Positions 39,880 to 49,535 of a stretch of DNA of 64,000 nucleotides are shown piece by piece. The DNA is taken from assembly GCA_963801355.1 (NCBI GenBank), contig CAWDEM010000004.1:1280001-1344000 (forward strand), written 5' to 3'. The stretch comes from Ignavibacteriota bacterium (GTDB taxonomy: Bacteria; Bacteroidota; Ignavibacteria; UBA10030; UBA6906). Under the pieces are notes generated by a model that was not told where the DNA came from, did not search any database, and worked only from the letters and a program-made list of their open reading frames with translations. Both the position numbers and the translations under genes were made by a program. The stretch's first letter is position 1, and every line of letters begins with the position of its first letter.

Positions 39880-40428
39880 GTGGTCCGGTGCCTCTTGACG
39901 TTGTCGCTGGCGATCGTCATCGCCCGGGGAGCCTCAATGGGGCAAACCGTCCTGTCCGACACCACCGCGGTGAGAGACTCTTCCGTGGCCGGGTTGCGGA
40001 CCGTGCCGGGGGATTCCCTGCACAGTGCGGCGGTACCGGGGAAGTCCACCGGACTGGCGATGTTGTATTCGGCCCTGCTTCCGGGGGCCGGGCAGGTGTA
40101 CAACGAGTCATACTGGAAGGCACCGCTGGTACTGGGCATAGGTGTGTATTTTGCCGCCCAATTCATACGGTACAACGGGAATGCAGATGACTACCGGCAA
40201 CTCTATCTCGCATCGTTGCCGGGCGGCGGCAATAGAACCTACCAGAAATTGCGTGATGATTACAAGAGCCTGCGCGATGCAAATGCCTGGTACTTTCTGA
40301 TACTCTATGTGCTGAACATCGTCGATGCATACGTGGATGCCAGCCTCTACGGTTTCGACGTGAGTCCGACGCTGTCCATCCGTGGCCCCCAGCGCGGTGC
40401 CGGACTTGCGCTTCGCCTTGCATGGTAG
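39880..40428 (+). CDS. DUF5683-like membrane protein
   Basis: SALLPGAGQVYNESYWK and NIVDAYVDA motifs. Confidence 0.75.
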   Translation: MVRCLLTLSLAIVIARGASMGQTVLSDTTAVRDSSVAGLRTVPGDSLHSAAVPGKSTGLAMLYSALLPGAGQVYNESYWKAPLVLGIGVYFAAQFIRYNGNADDYRQLYLASLPGGGNRTYQKLRDDYKSLRDANAWYFLILYVLNIVDAYVDASLYGFDVSPTLSIRGPQRGAGLALRLAW

Positions 40429-40465
40429 CCCTGGTACGTCATATTTCCCCACAGCCGGAGTAGCA

Positions 40466-41440
40466 ATGCTGAACTATATTTGGATCGGCCTCATACTGGT
40501 CGGTCTCTTCGTCGCCGTCGGCAACGACATTGCCGATGAATTTCAGAATCCCTATCGCAACGGACAACCCTTCACGGGCACGGTTCTGGTGACGAAAGCG
40601 CCCTCGGGAGTGCGTCAGGCGTGGGAAGGGGAACTTGTGGTGGCGCCGGACTACTTCAACAGTTTCTACGGCGCCCAGCGCACGCAGGAGGCAACCCGGC
40701 AACCCGTCACCGTTTCCATCGGCGCCGACGGTGCCACTTCGCTGACAATGCACATTTCCGACAAATCTCCCTCGTGGTGGCGGCAGATGGCGAAATCCGC
40801 GGGCAGCAAAGACCGCTTGCTCGGCGCAGTGTCGGAGTTCACCGTTTCGGAAGACCGATCTTCCGCCCGCCTGCAAGTCATCATTGAATCTGTACGATTT
40901 GTCAAATTGAGAAGTGTGACTCAGGCGTCGCTGGACTACGCTGCGATTGCCGTCAACATTGCTCTCGGCCTGATCGGCATTATGGCACTCTGGCTCGGCG
41001 TGATGAAAGTAGCCGAGGAAGCCGGGCTCCTGCTGGTGCTGACGCGCATGCTGACGCCCGTGACGAAACGGCTGTTTCCGGATATCCCGCCCGATCATCC
41101 CGCTGTGGGTGCCATGATCATGAATATCGCTGCGAACATGCTCGGCCTCAGCAATGCAGCTACCCCTCTCGGTCTGAAGGCGATGGAAGAGCTGAACAAG
41201 CTCAACCCGAAGGTCGGGACTGCAACGAATGCGATGGTCACCTTCCTGGCCATAAACACCGGAGGCTTGATCCTGCTGCCTGCGACGGCCATTGCCGTAC
41301 GTGCAGCGGCTGGATCGTCCAATCCCGGCATCATTATCGGAACATCCATTGTCGGCGCTGGGTGCGCCACGATTGCGGGTGTGGTCGCGTCGAAAGTGCT
41401 GCAGCGACTCCCGAAGTACAAGAAAGCGATGGAGGTGTAG
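40466..41440 (+). CDS. SpmA-like nucleoside-recognition (Gate) membrane protein with a soluble insertion
   Basis: MLNYIW, LWLGVMKVAE, NMLGLSNAATPLGLKAMEEL. Confidence 0.85.
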   Translation: MLNYIWIGLILVGLFVAVGNDIADEFQNPYRNGQPFTGTVLVTKAPSGVRQAWEGELVVAPDYFNSFYGAQRTQEATRQPVTVSIGADGATSLTMHISDKSPSWWRQMAKSAGSKDRLLGAVSEFTVSEDRSSARLQVIIESVRFVKLRSVTQASLDYAAIAVNIALGLIGIMALWLGVMKVAEEAGLLLVLTRMLTPVTKRLFPDIPPDHPAVGAMIMNIAANMLGLSNAATPLGLKAMEELNKLNPKVGTATNAMVTFLAINTGGLILLPATAIAVRAAAGSSNPGIIIGTSIVGAGCATIAGVVASKVLQRLPKYKKAMEV

Positions 41441-41441
41441 C

Positions 41442-41987
41442 ATGGGCGATTTCATGAAAAACCTGATTGAGGTCATCTCCCTCGTCGCCATTCCCTTCAT
41501 GTTTCTTGTGTTCCTTGGCTGGGGATTGGTAAAGAAGGTGAAGGTGTACGAAGTGTTCGTCGAAGGCGCCAAGGACGGCTTCAACGTGGCAATCCGGATC
41601 ATCCCGTATCTCGTGGCGATGCTCGCAGCGATCGGCATCTTCCGCGCAAGCGGTGCGATGGAGCTGCTGACCACCGTTCTGGCACCAGTGACGGCATTGG
41701 TCGGCATGCCCCCCGAGACGCTGCCCATGGCACTCATGAGACCCCTGTCAGGGAGCGGGTCGCTGGGAATCATGACGGAACTGATGAACGTGCACGGCCC
41801 GGACTCGCTCATCGGCATCATGGCATCGACAATGTACGGAAGCTCCGAAACGACGTTCTATGTACTGGCGGTCTATTTTGGCACCGTTTCGATCAAGAAT
41901 ACACGCCACGCCGTGCCCACCGGCCTCATCGCGGATCTCGCGGGAATGCTGGCCGCCGTGTGGATAGTGAACCTCATGTTCCGTTGA
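41442..41987 (+). CDS. SpmB-like Gate-domain membrane protein
   Basis: VYEVFVEGAKDGF, MRPLSGSGS, GSSETTFYVLAVYFG. Confidence 0.88.
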   Translation: MGDFMKNLIEVISLVAIPFMFLVFLGWGLVKKVKVYEVFVEGAKDGFNVAIRIIPYLVAMLAAIGIFRASGAMELLTTVLAPVTALVGMPPETLPMALMRPLSGSGSLGIMTELMNVHGPDSLIGIMASTMYGSSETTFYVLAVYFGTVSIKNTRHAVPTGLIADLAGMLAAVWIVNLMFR

Positions 41988-42005
41988 GCGGAACCGGTCG
42001 ATTTC

Positions 42006-42034
42006 TTGCATATCAGGGGCACCATGGCTATATT
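42006..42034 (+). promoter_or_regulatory. sigma70 promoter (TTGCAT-17-TATATT)
   Basis: Consensus match upstream of proline dehydrogenase. Confidence 0.5.
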
Positions 42035-42127
42035 GTGGGCACATGCTGCGTCTTGCTGTCCGTTCTCACCTGATTCCACAGTTCTATCCGAAAAGGCCTT
42101 GATTTTGCCACTTTTGTGAGACCATCC

Positions 42128-43030
42128 ATGCTTTTTTTGAACAAATTGGTTGTCGCCGCGGTCCCGCTTGTCCCCCGGCGCATCATCCGCTTTTTTGCCG
42201 GCCGCTACATTGCCGGTGAGACGCTCGAAGATGCGATCCGGTGCGTCCGCCAGCTCAACGGCGAAGGGGTCCGTGGCACGATGGATGTCCTCGGGGAGGA
42301 CATCAGCACGCGCGCCGAGGCGATTGCCGCCAAGAAGCAATCCATCGTGGTACTGCATGCCATTGCGAAGGAAAAACTCGATTCGAATCTTTCCATCAAA
42401 TTGACCTCACTGGGTCTGAAAATCGACAAACAGTTCTGTGTCGAGAACGTTCGTGACATACTGAAGGTTGCCCTCGACCATGGAAATTTCGTCCGCATCG
42501 ACATGGAGGACTCCAGTTGTACCACCGACACACTCGACGTGTTCCGAACAGTGCGGAGGGAATTTTCCGGCGTCGGTATTGTTGTACAGGCATATCTTTT
42601 CCGGACGGAAGACGATGTGCGGGATCTCATGGCGGACCGGGCCAACTTCCGACTGTGCAAAGGCATCTACAAGGAGCCGAAGGAGATCGCCTTTCAGTCG
42701 CGCGAAGATGTGCGGGGGAACTATCGGAAACTTCTCGAGCAGATGCTGACGGGAGGCAGTTACGTCGGCATTGCCACCCATGACAGCGTGCTCATTGACG
42801 CTGCGGTTGCATTGATCAAAAAGCTGGGGCTGCGGAAGGATCAGTACGAATTTCAGATGCTCCTCGGGGTGCGGCCCGAGCTCCGGAAGAAACTGGTGCG
42901 CGATGGGCACGCTGTGCGGCTCTACATTCCCTACGGTGAACACTGGTACGGATATTCGACGCGGCGATTCAAGGAGAATCCGGAGATCGCCGGGTATGTG
43001 TTTAAGGCACTGTTCACGCGCAACGCATAG
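42128..43030 (+). CDS. Monofunctional proline dehydrogenase
   Basis: RYIAGETL, VRIDMEDS, RLCKGIY, IATHD, EFQMLLGVR. Confidence 0.93.
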   Translation: MLFLNKLVVAAVPLVPRRIIRFFAGRYIAGETLEDAIRCVRQLNGEGVRGTMDVLGEDISTRAEAIAAKKQSIVVLHAIAKEKLDSNLSIKLTSLGLKIDKQFCVENVRDILKVALDHGNFVRIDMEDSSCTTDTLDVFRTVRREFSGVGIVVQAYLFRTEDDVRDLMADRANFRLCKGIYKEPKEIAFQSREDVRGNYRKLLEQMLTGGSYVGIATHDSVLIDAAVALIKKLGLRKDQYEFQMLLGVRPELRKKLVRDGHAVRLYIPYGEHWYGYSTRRFKENPEIAGYVFKALFTRNA

Positions 43031-43073
43031 GATAGTCTTACAACAATTACTCTACTCTTGACGAGGAGCACAC

Positions 43074-45143
43074 ATGGCGGAACCCACTCATAAGCCCTAT
43101 GTCTCTCCGGATACGGACATGAAGGAGTTTACCATCCGCGCACTCATCATCGGCCTGGTGATGTGTGTCGTCCTTGGTGCGGCAAACGCGTATCTGGGCC
43201 TGAAAGCGGGCATGACCATTGCCGCTACCTATCCGGCCGCCGTCATCGGGATGGCGCTGTTGCGTATCTGGAAGGGGAGCATACTCGAAGAAAATTTCGC
43301 CAGGACGGTCGGCTCGATCGGCGAATCGGTGGCCGCAGGAGCTGTCTTCACGATTCCTGCATTCGTTGTTCTCGGACTCTGGCAATTCAGTCCGGAAACA
43401 ATGTGGACCGAGTACCTCACGGCCTCCGCTCTCATGATCCTGGGCGGAATTCTGGGCATCATGTTCGTCACCGTGCTCCGCCGTGTCATGGTGGAGGACA
43501 GATCGCTGCCATTCCCTGAGTCGGTGGCTGCAGGCGAGATTCACAAGGCCGGACAGCGCGGGGCCGATGCCGCAATGCAGTTGTTCAAGGCCATGGGTGT
43601 CGGTGCGCTGATCAAGCTGCTCGACGGATTCCGCGTGTTCCAGGCGTCGAACGATTTTCAGGTGATGGTCGGACGCGTGAAGGAGAGTTTTGTCAAGCTC
43701 GGGCTCAGCGACAAGGCGGAGAAAGTCGCCGCAGGCGGTGTCACCACGATTTCCGCTCCCGCCGCGACGCCCGCCTATATCGGCGTCGGGTATATCATCG
43801 GTCCCGAACTCGGCGCGCTGAACTTCGCCGGGGGCTTGCTGGCGTGGGGACTGTTCGTTCCGCTGCTTGTGTTCTTCCTGGGCCCCCTGCAGATCGACAG
43901 CTACCTTGCGTCAAGCGGTGGTGACAGTGATGCCGCCTGGGCCGCTCTTGCCGGTCACCTGTACCGGTACATCGTCCGGCCGATTGCGGTCGGCGGCATG
44001 CTGGTCGGCGCGACCTTTACGCTCTGGAAGATGCGCAAGAACCTGATCCTGGGGATCAAGCGCGGAATGGCGGACGTCAGAAAATCAGCAAGCGCCGTGG
44101 GTGCCACAAACCGCACCGAGGAGGATCTGCCGTTCAAGTTCGTGTTGTTCGTCGTTGCCATCGTGTTCGGTTTGATGATCGCCCTCTACTTCTATTTTAC
44201 CGGCATGATCCTGGGGGCAATCCTTTCCGCCGTCGTGATGCTCATTGCAGGATTTTTCTTTGCCGCTGTTTCCGGAAACCTTGTCGGCATGATTGGCTCG
44301 TCCAATAACCCGATTTCAGGTCTGACGCTTGCAACGACTGTCGTTGCCGCGCTCACGATGGTTATCATCGGTTTGAACGGACCATCCGGGGTGGCTGCGG
44401 TTCTCGGTGTTGCCGCCGTGGTGTGCGTGTCGTCCGCGGTTGCAGGCGAGATGCTTCAGGACCTGAAAGTCGGTCACATCCTGGGAGGCACGCCCCGCAA
44501 GATGCAGATAGGGGACATCATCGGGGTCATTCTGGCCGGGCTCGTCATGTTCTTCCCGCTGTATGTGCTGCATAATTCCGATCTGGCGGCCAACGCCGCC
44601 GGAGGCGGGTTCGGCGGCAAGACGCTCCCCGCCCCGCAGGCCGGGCTTATGGCCGCGCTTTCCCAGGGAATTGTAGGCGGAGAAATGGCGTGGCCACTGG
44701 TGGTTGTCGGCATTGCCATGGGCATTTCCCTCATCCTGATCAAGGTCCGCAGCCCGATGCTGTTCTCTGTCGGGATGTACCTGCCCCTGGAAACAACATT
44801 TGCGATTTTCGTCGGGGGGGTCATCCGCGGTATCGTTGACAAGATGGCCCGGAAACGGGGCTTCAACGACGCCCAGAAGGCACGGGTGGAAAACGCCGGA
44901 ATCCTGAGCGCCTCCGGCCTGATCGCCGGCGAAGCTCTTATTGGATTGTTTATCGCCGTGGTGGTCTTTGCGCGCGATCAGATGGGCGAGAAGGCGGAGT
45001 TCTGGACCATTCCCGGATTTGAGACTGTCGGTCCGTGGCTGGCACTTCTGGTGTTCGGTGTACTCGCAGCGTACCTGATTCGTGTGCCGCTGTCGAAGGC
45101 CGGCCGCCCGGATGAGCCCGCGCCGCCAAGCGCGATGATGTAA
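43074..45143 (+). CDS. OPT-family oligopeptide transporter
   Basis: ANAYLGLKAGMTI, GSSNNPISG, QDLKVGHILGGTP, LPAPQAGLM. Confidence 0.93.
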   Translation: MAEPTHKPYVSPDTDMKEFTIRALIIGLVMCVVLGAANAYLGLKAGMTIAATYPAAVIGMALLRIWKGSILEENFARTVGSIGESVAAGAVFTIPAFVVLGLWQFSPETMWTEYLTASALMILGGILGIMFVTVLRRVMVEDRSLPFPESVAAGEIHKAGQRGADAAMQLFKAMGVGALIKLLDGFRVFQASNDFQVMVGRVKESFVKLGLSDKAEKVAAGGVTTISAPAATPAYIGVGYIIGPELGALNFAGGLLAWGLFVPLLVFFLGPLQIDSYLASSGGDSDAAWAALAGHLYRYIVRPIAVGGMLVGATFTLWKMRKNLILGIKRGMADVRKSASAVGATNRTEEDLPFKFVLFVVAIVFGLMIALYFYFTGMILGAILSAVVMLIAGFFFAAVSGNLVGMIGSSNNPISGLTLATTVVAALTMVIIGLNGPSGVAAVLGVAAVVCVSSAVAGEMLQDLKVGHILGGTPRKMQIGDIIGVILAGLVMFFPLYVLHNSDLAANAAGGGFGGKTLPAPQAGLMAALSQGIVGGEMAWPLVVVGIAMGISLILIKVRSPMLFSVGMYLPLETTFAIFVGGVIRGIVDKMARKRGFNDAQKARVENAGILSASGLIAGEALIGLFIAVVVFARDQMGEKAEFWTIPGFETVGPWLALLVFGVLAAYLIRVPLSKAGRPDEPAPPSAMM

Positions 45144-45150
45144 GAGGAGC

Positions 45151-45224
45151 GGGCAATAGGCATGGGGCAATAGGCAATGGGGTGACTGGTGCTCATGCCC
45201 AATGCCTGACGCCCGGTGCCTATT
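45151..45224. repeat. Heptamer-periodic inverted repeat array (GGGCAAT-like / TGCC-like)
   Basis: GGGCAAT AGGCATG GGGCAAT AGGCAAT...TGCCCAA TGCCTGA CGCCCGG TGCCTAT. Confidence 0.65.
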
Positions 45225-45256
45225 CACTTCCAATGAATCACAAAGGAGGATACAGT

Positions 45257-46714
45257 ATGTCCAACGCCATTGATGGATTGAAACCTGCGCTGGTCTGGAA
45301 GTACTTTGCGGAAATTGCGAAGGTCCCGCGCTGCTCCAAGCACGAGGGAGCGATCGTGAAGTATGTTCTGGATACCGCCAGGAAGCTCGGCCTCGAGGCG
45401 AAAGCAGACAAGTTCGGCAATGTCGTCGTGCGCAAACCGGCCTCACCCGGGAGGGAGCAAGTGAAGAGCATCGCACTCCAGGGTCACCTCGATATGGTCT
45501 GCGAAAAGAACAACGACACGATACATGATTTTTCGAAAGATCCTATTGAGCTGGTGCGCAAGGAAAACATGTTGATGGCCAATGGCACAACGCTCGGCGC
45601 CGACAACGGCATCGCCGTCGCGACGAACCTTGCGATCATGGAAGACCGCTCCCTGGAACACGGTCCGCTTGAATTCCTCTTCACTGTTGATGAGGAAACC
45701 GGCCTGACGGGGGCGAGCAATCTCAGCGCCGACGCGCTGAAGAGCAAGACGTTGCTCAACCTGGATTCGGAGGAGGAGGGCCATCTCTATGTGGGGTGCT
45801 CGGGCGGCCGCAACACTTTTGGATCCTGGAAGCTGGCGACAGATGCTGCCGGTGCCGGCCTGATCGCGGCGGAGCTCACAGTGACCGGCTTGAAGGGAGG
45901 ACACTCGGGCCTGGAGATCGATAAAAATCGAGGGAACTCGATCAAGATTATCACACGCGTACTGCAACCCCTTTCTCTTCTCGGCGTCCGCATCGCATCG
46001 ATCGGTGGAGGCAACAAGCACAATGCGATCCCGCGCGAGGCTTCAGCGCTGGTCTTTGTTCCGAAAAGGGCATGGGCGAATTCGGCGAAGACCGTTGCCG
46101 CGTGCGAGGAAATCATGAAGGCGGAACTCGGGAACGTGGACCCCGATCTTTCCATACTCTTGAAGGAAAAAAAGGGCGTCAAGCGCGGCAGAGTCATGAA
46201 GAAGACGCTGCAAAAGAAGATTCTCCAGACACTCGGCGTTCTGCCCCACGGCGTCATCAAGATGAGCTCCGATATTCGGGGGCTCGTGGAAACGTCGACG
46301 AATGTCGCGACAATCAAGACGACGAAAAAGGTCGTGGAAGTGGTGACCAGCCAGCGCAGTTCTGTGGCTTCGGAAAATGCCGACATATGCCAGACCGTCC
46401 GGATGATTTTCGAGCTCGGCGGCGCTGCGGCAAGGCACAGCGATGGTTACCCCGGGTGGAAACCCAATCTGGATTCGCCCATCCTTGCTATTGCCAGGAA
46501 CACGTACCACACACTGTTCAATAAAGACCCGGAAGTCAAGGCGATTCATGCCGGGCTCGAATGCGGAATCCTCGGGGAACGGTGTCCCGGTATGGACATG
46601 CTGTCATTCGGTCCGACACTGGAGGGCGTGCATTCGCCCGACGAGAAGATCCACATCGATACCGTGGAAAAGTACTGGCAGTTCCTGCTGGGAATCCTCA
46701 GGAATGCCACGTAG
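45257..46714 (+). CDS. pepD: Aminoacyl-histidine dipeptidase (M20C)
   Basis: LQGHLDMVCEK, TTLGADNGI, DEETGLTGA, GGHSG, IHAGLECG. Confidence 0.93.
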   Translation: MSNAIDGLKPALVWKYFAEIAKVPRCSKHEGAIVKYVLDTARKLGLEAKADKFGNVVVRKPASPGREQVKSIALQGHLDMVCEKNNDTIHDFSKDPIELVRKENMLMANGTTLGADNGIAVATNLAIMEDRSLEHGPLEFLFTVDEETGLTGASNLSADALKSKTLLNLDSEEEGHLYVGCSGGRNTFGSWKLATDAAGAGLIAAELTVTGLKGGHSGLEIDKNRGNSIKIITRVLQPLSLLGVRIASIGGGNKHNAIPREASALVFVPKRAWANSAKTVAACEEIMKAELGNVDPDLSILLKEKKGVKRGRVMKKTLQKKILQTLGVLPHGVIKMSSDIRGLVETSTNVATIKTTKKVVEVVTSQRSSVASENADICQTVRMIFELGGAAARHSDGYPGWKPNLDSPILAIARNTYHTLFNKDPEVKAIHAGLECGILGERCPGMDMLSFGPTLEGVHSPDEKIHIDTVEKYWQFLLGILRNAT

Positions 46715-46819
46715 CCGTACGGTACGGTCCGGAAAGAACACTGTCTGTATACACAACGCCCGGGGCGGAGGCTTCGGGCTTTGTTGCTCCCCATCTATCA
46801 CATTCAGGAGGATACAACC

Positions 46820-47227
46820 ATGAACAAGAAATTCTGGTTGGGTTTCATAGCGGTATTTGTCACCGCGGAAATCCTCAGCTTTCTCGTGGATGGCTTTCTT
46901 CTCAAGGCCGACTATGAGGCCATGGCTCACCTCTGGCGGCCTGACATGATGTCATTCATGTGGGTGTATCACGTGCTCATGCTGGTCGGCGCGTTTTTCT
47001 TCACGTTGATATTCTCAAAGGGCTACGAGGGAAAGGGGATCATGGAGGGAGTGCGCTACGGCCTGTATATCGGTATCTGGATGAGCATGGGCATGGCCTA
47101 TGGTACGTATACCATGATTGCCATCCCGTATTCGTTGGCTCTCAAGTGGTTTCTGTTAGGCATCGTGCAGTACATAATCATGGGAATCGTCGTGGCGGCG
47201 GTCTACGGGAAGAAAAAAACTGCATAG
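46820..47227 (+). CDS. Hypothetical 4-TM membrane protein
   Basis: SD AGGAGG; four hydrophobic helices. Confidence 0.75.
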   Translation: MNKKFWLGFIAVFVTAEILSFLVDGFLLKADYEAMAHLWRPDMMSFMWVYHVLMLVGAFFFTLIFSKGYEGKGIMEGVRYGLYIGIWMSMGMAYGTYTMIAIPYSLALKWFLLGIVQYIIMGIVVAAVYGKKKTA

Positions 47228-47241
47228 AGGTTTTGGCAGCG

Positions 47242-48744
47242 TTAGAGGCTTCTCCGGACGGAGAGCTGCGGGTGAACACGGAAGATCTCATAGAGCCGGT
47301 GCTGTAATTGCCGGAAGGCCGCCGACTGCTTCCGCGGGGACGGGCCCGCGAGTTCACCCCAGCTGCTGTCCGCCTCCGCAAGGGCGCGATCCAGCTCCCA
47401 TCGGTGCTCGAAGATGCTCCCGTGCAGCGCGGCGAGTGACTGGTGCTGTTGCGGCGTGAGGGGCAGGGGTTCGGATTGAGTGAACGCCCGCACAGTGTCC
47501 ACGACAAGGGTGTCAAGGTCGGCGCAGTCGAAGAGGACGACCATCTCCTTTTCCGACCAGGGACGAATCCGCTGCAGGGTCTGACGGAATTGTGCCGAGC
47601 CGGTGATTGGCTTTCCGTCGAGTGCGGCGAGAGCCCTGCTGTCGAGCCCCCGCTGTGAAAGCTCCTGCCGGACACCCGGGGTAATGACATAGCTTGAGGT
47701 CTTCACGACCTCGAGTTCGAACACATTCTGTGCAATGAACAGCGCGATGTAGCAGCTGAGTCCAGCAACAACCGGCGCAACAGCCCATCCACCCGCGATC
47801 TTTCCGAGAACGTTGTAATTGATCCCTCTGCCCCCCTTTGCGAGACCGACGCCGATCACGGCGCCGATGACAACCTGTGTGCTGGAAAGGGGTACCAGCG
47901 GAATTGTCGGGAGCCCCGTGTGGAGGAGGAATGCTTCGAGGGACTCGGATGTGAAGAGAAAGAGAACAAGGACTTCCGCCAACACGACAACCAGGCCGGC
48001 GAGCGGGGTGATCTTGTAGAGGTCACGGCCAACCGTCATCATGACCTGTTCGCCGTACGTGAGAATCCCGACAGCGATGGCGAGGCCGCCGAGGAAGAAG
48101 AGCATGCGGGTGCCGCTGAAGGTGAACAGCCCGCTGACGGCAACATCGCCAAACGGGACGGCGGGAACGAACATCCCCATGACATTGGCAATATTGTTCG
48201 CTCCCAGCAGGTAGGATGCCGCCGCGCCGAGGGCGAGAAGCCCCGTCCGCGTGTAGGCATCCAGCGTGAGTATGTGCAGCCGACGGCCGCGCAGGAGTGC
48301 CGTCAGGGCCTTGAATAAGAGGAACGCGAACACCGCTGAAAGAAGAGGACCGACGAGCCAGGTGCTGACAATGCGCGAAAGAGAGTAGGTGTCGGTCGGG
48401 GATCCCGTGAACAGGTTCCAGCCGACGATTCCGCCGACGACCGCCTGTGAGGTGCTGACCGGGAGCCGGATCGTGGTCATCCATGTGACGGTGAGCCCGA
48501 CGGCAAGTGCCACCGTGAAGCATCCTGCAATCGCATTGACCGCACCCAGCGTGGTGAGTGTGCGTGTTGGGCCGGCTCCGCTGACCACAGCGCCGAGAAT
48601 GACGAAGACACCGGCAATAATGGCGGCAGTGCGAAAGCGCACCATCCGTGAGGATACCGCTGATCCGAAGACGTTGACCGCATGGTTCGCCCCGAGGGAC
48701 CATCCCAGGAAGAGTCCGGTGCTCATGTACAGCCATTCGATCAT
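47242..48744 (-). CDS. PiT-family inorganic phosphate transporter with C-terminal soluble extension
   Basis: GANHAVNVFG and GANNIANVMG signature repeats, PVSTSQAVVG. Confidence 0.88.
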   Translation of the reverse strand: MIEWLYMSTGLFLGWSLGANHAVNVFGSAVSSRMVRFRTAAIIAGVFVILGAVVSGAGPTRTLTTLGAVNAIAGCFTVALAVGLTVTWMTTIRLPVSTSQAVVGGIVGWNLFTGSPTDTYSLSRIVSTWLVGPLLSAVFAFLLFKALTALLRGRRLHILTLDAYTRTGLLALGAAASYLLGANNIANVMGMFVPAVPFGDVAVSGLFTFSGTRMLFFLGGLAIAVGILTYGEQVMMTVGRDLYKITPLAGLVVVLAEVLVLFLFTSESLEAFLLHTGLPTIPLVPLSSTQVVIGAVIGVGLAKGGRGINYNVLGKIAGGWAVAPVVAGLSCYIALFIAQNVFELEVVKTSSYVITPGVRQELSQRGLDSRALAALDGKPITGSAQFRQTLQRIRPWSEKEMVVLFDCADLDTLVVDTVRAFTQSEPLPLTPQQHQSLAALHGSIFEHRWELDRALAEADSSWGELAGPSPRKQSAAFRQLQHRLYEIFRVHPQLSVRRSL

Positions 48745-48752
48745 CGGGGGGC

Positions 48753-49397
48753 CTACAGACTCCGTTTGATGGTGGCGATTGCGAGGCGGTCGCACACATC
48801 TTCGGCTTCATCGGAGATGCCTTCGATGTGATAGGCGAAGTACCGCATGTGGATCTTGTTGCTGAGGTCGAGGTTCATCCGGAAGACCGTCCGCTTGATC
48901 TGGTCCCCCCTCAAATCAGCCTCATGTTCGTAGAACATCGTCTTGTTGATGTGGTCCCGGACACGATCGGGGTCGCGGAAATACGAACGCCCGGCGCTGA
49001 CCATTGATTCGACCGCGGCCATGGATGCATCCGTCAGTTCCAGGAAGAGGGGTTTGAGTTCCTCGATGAGGTCCGGCATCTCCACGTCAAACTGGGTAAG
49101 TGTTTCGGCGATCCGGTTCAGGACGCGGTCGATGCTTTCGAGGAGGCCCAGGACATCACCCCTGGAATCGGGGATCAGTGTTTCGGAGTAGAGCCGGGTT
49201 TCGATGGCGCGGCGCTGTACATCGGCGCTGCTTTCGATGGCATCGAGATCGCGCAGGTTCGCACTGAAATGTTCAAGGTCTCCGCTGCAATAGCATTTCA
49301 GTCCTTCTCTGAACAACAGGGAACCCCGGATCACCAGGTCGAGATAGTCGTCAATCTGGCGCTCGAGACCGTGGGTTTTGCGGAGCAGTATGTCCAT
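48753..49397 (-). CDS. DUF47 (PhoU-like) phosphate transport regulator
   Basis: ESSADVQRR, EHEADLRG, ISDEAEDVCDRL; adjacent to PiT. Confidence 0.88.
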   Translation of the reverse strand: MDILLRKTHGLERQIDDYLDLVIRGSLLFREGLKCYCSGDLEHFSANLRDLDAIESSADVQRRAIETRLYSETLIPDSRGDVLGLLESIDRVLNRIAETLTQFDVEMPDLIEELKPLFLELTDASMAAVESMVSAGRSYFRDPDRVRDHINKTMFYEHEADLRGDQIKRTVFRMNLDLSNKIHMRYFAYHIEGISDEAEDVCDRLAIATIKRSL

Positions 49398-49535
49398 GGG
49401 GAACCTCCTTCATCCCATAGATAACAAATTCCGATGAGTTATGCGAGAGGGAGGGTCCGCGTTGCTGCTTTCTTTCCAGAAGGGGAATATGTACATTTGG
49501 TCACTTTGCCAATGCATCCAGACGAAAGACCGGCC

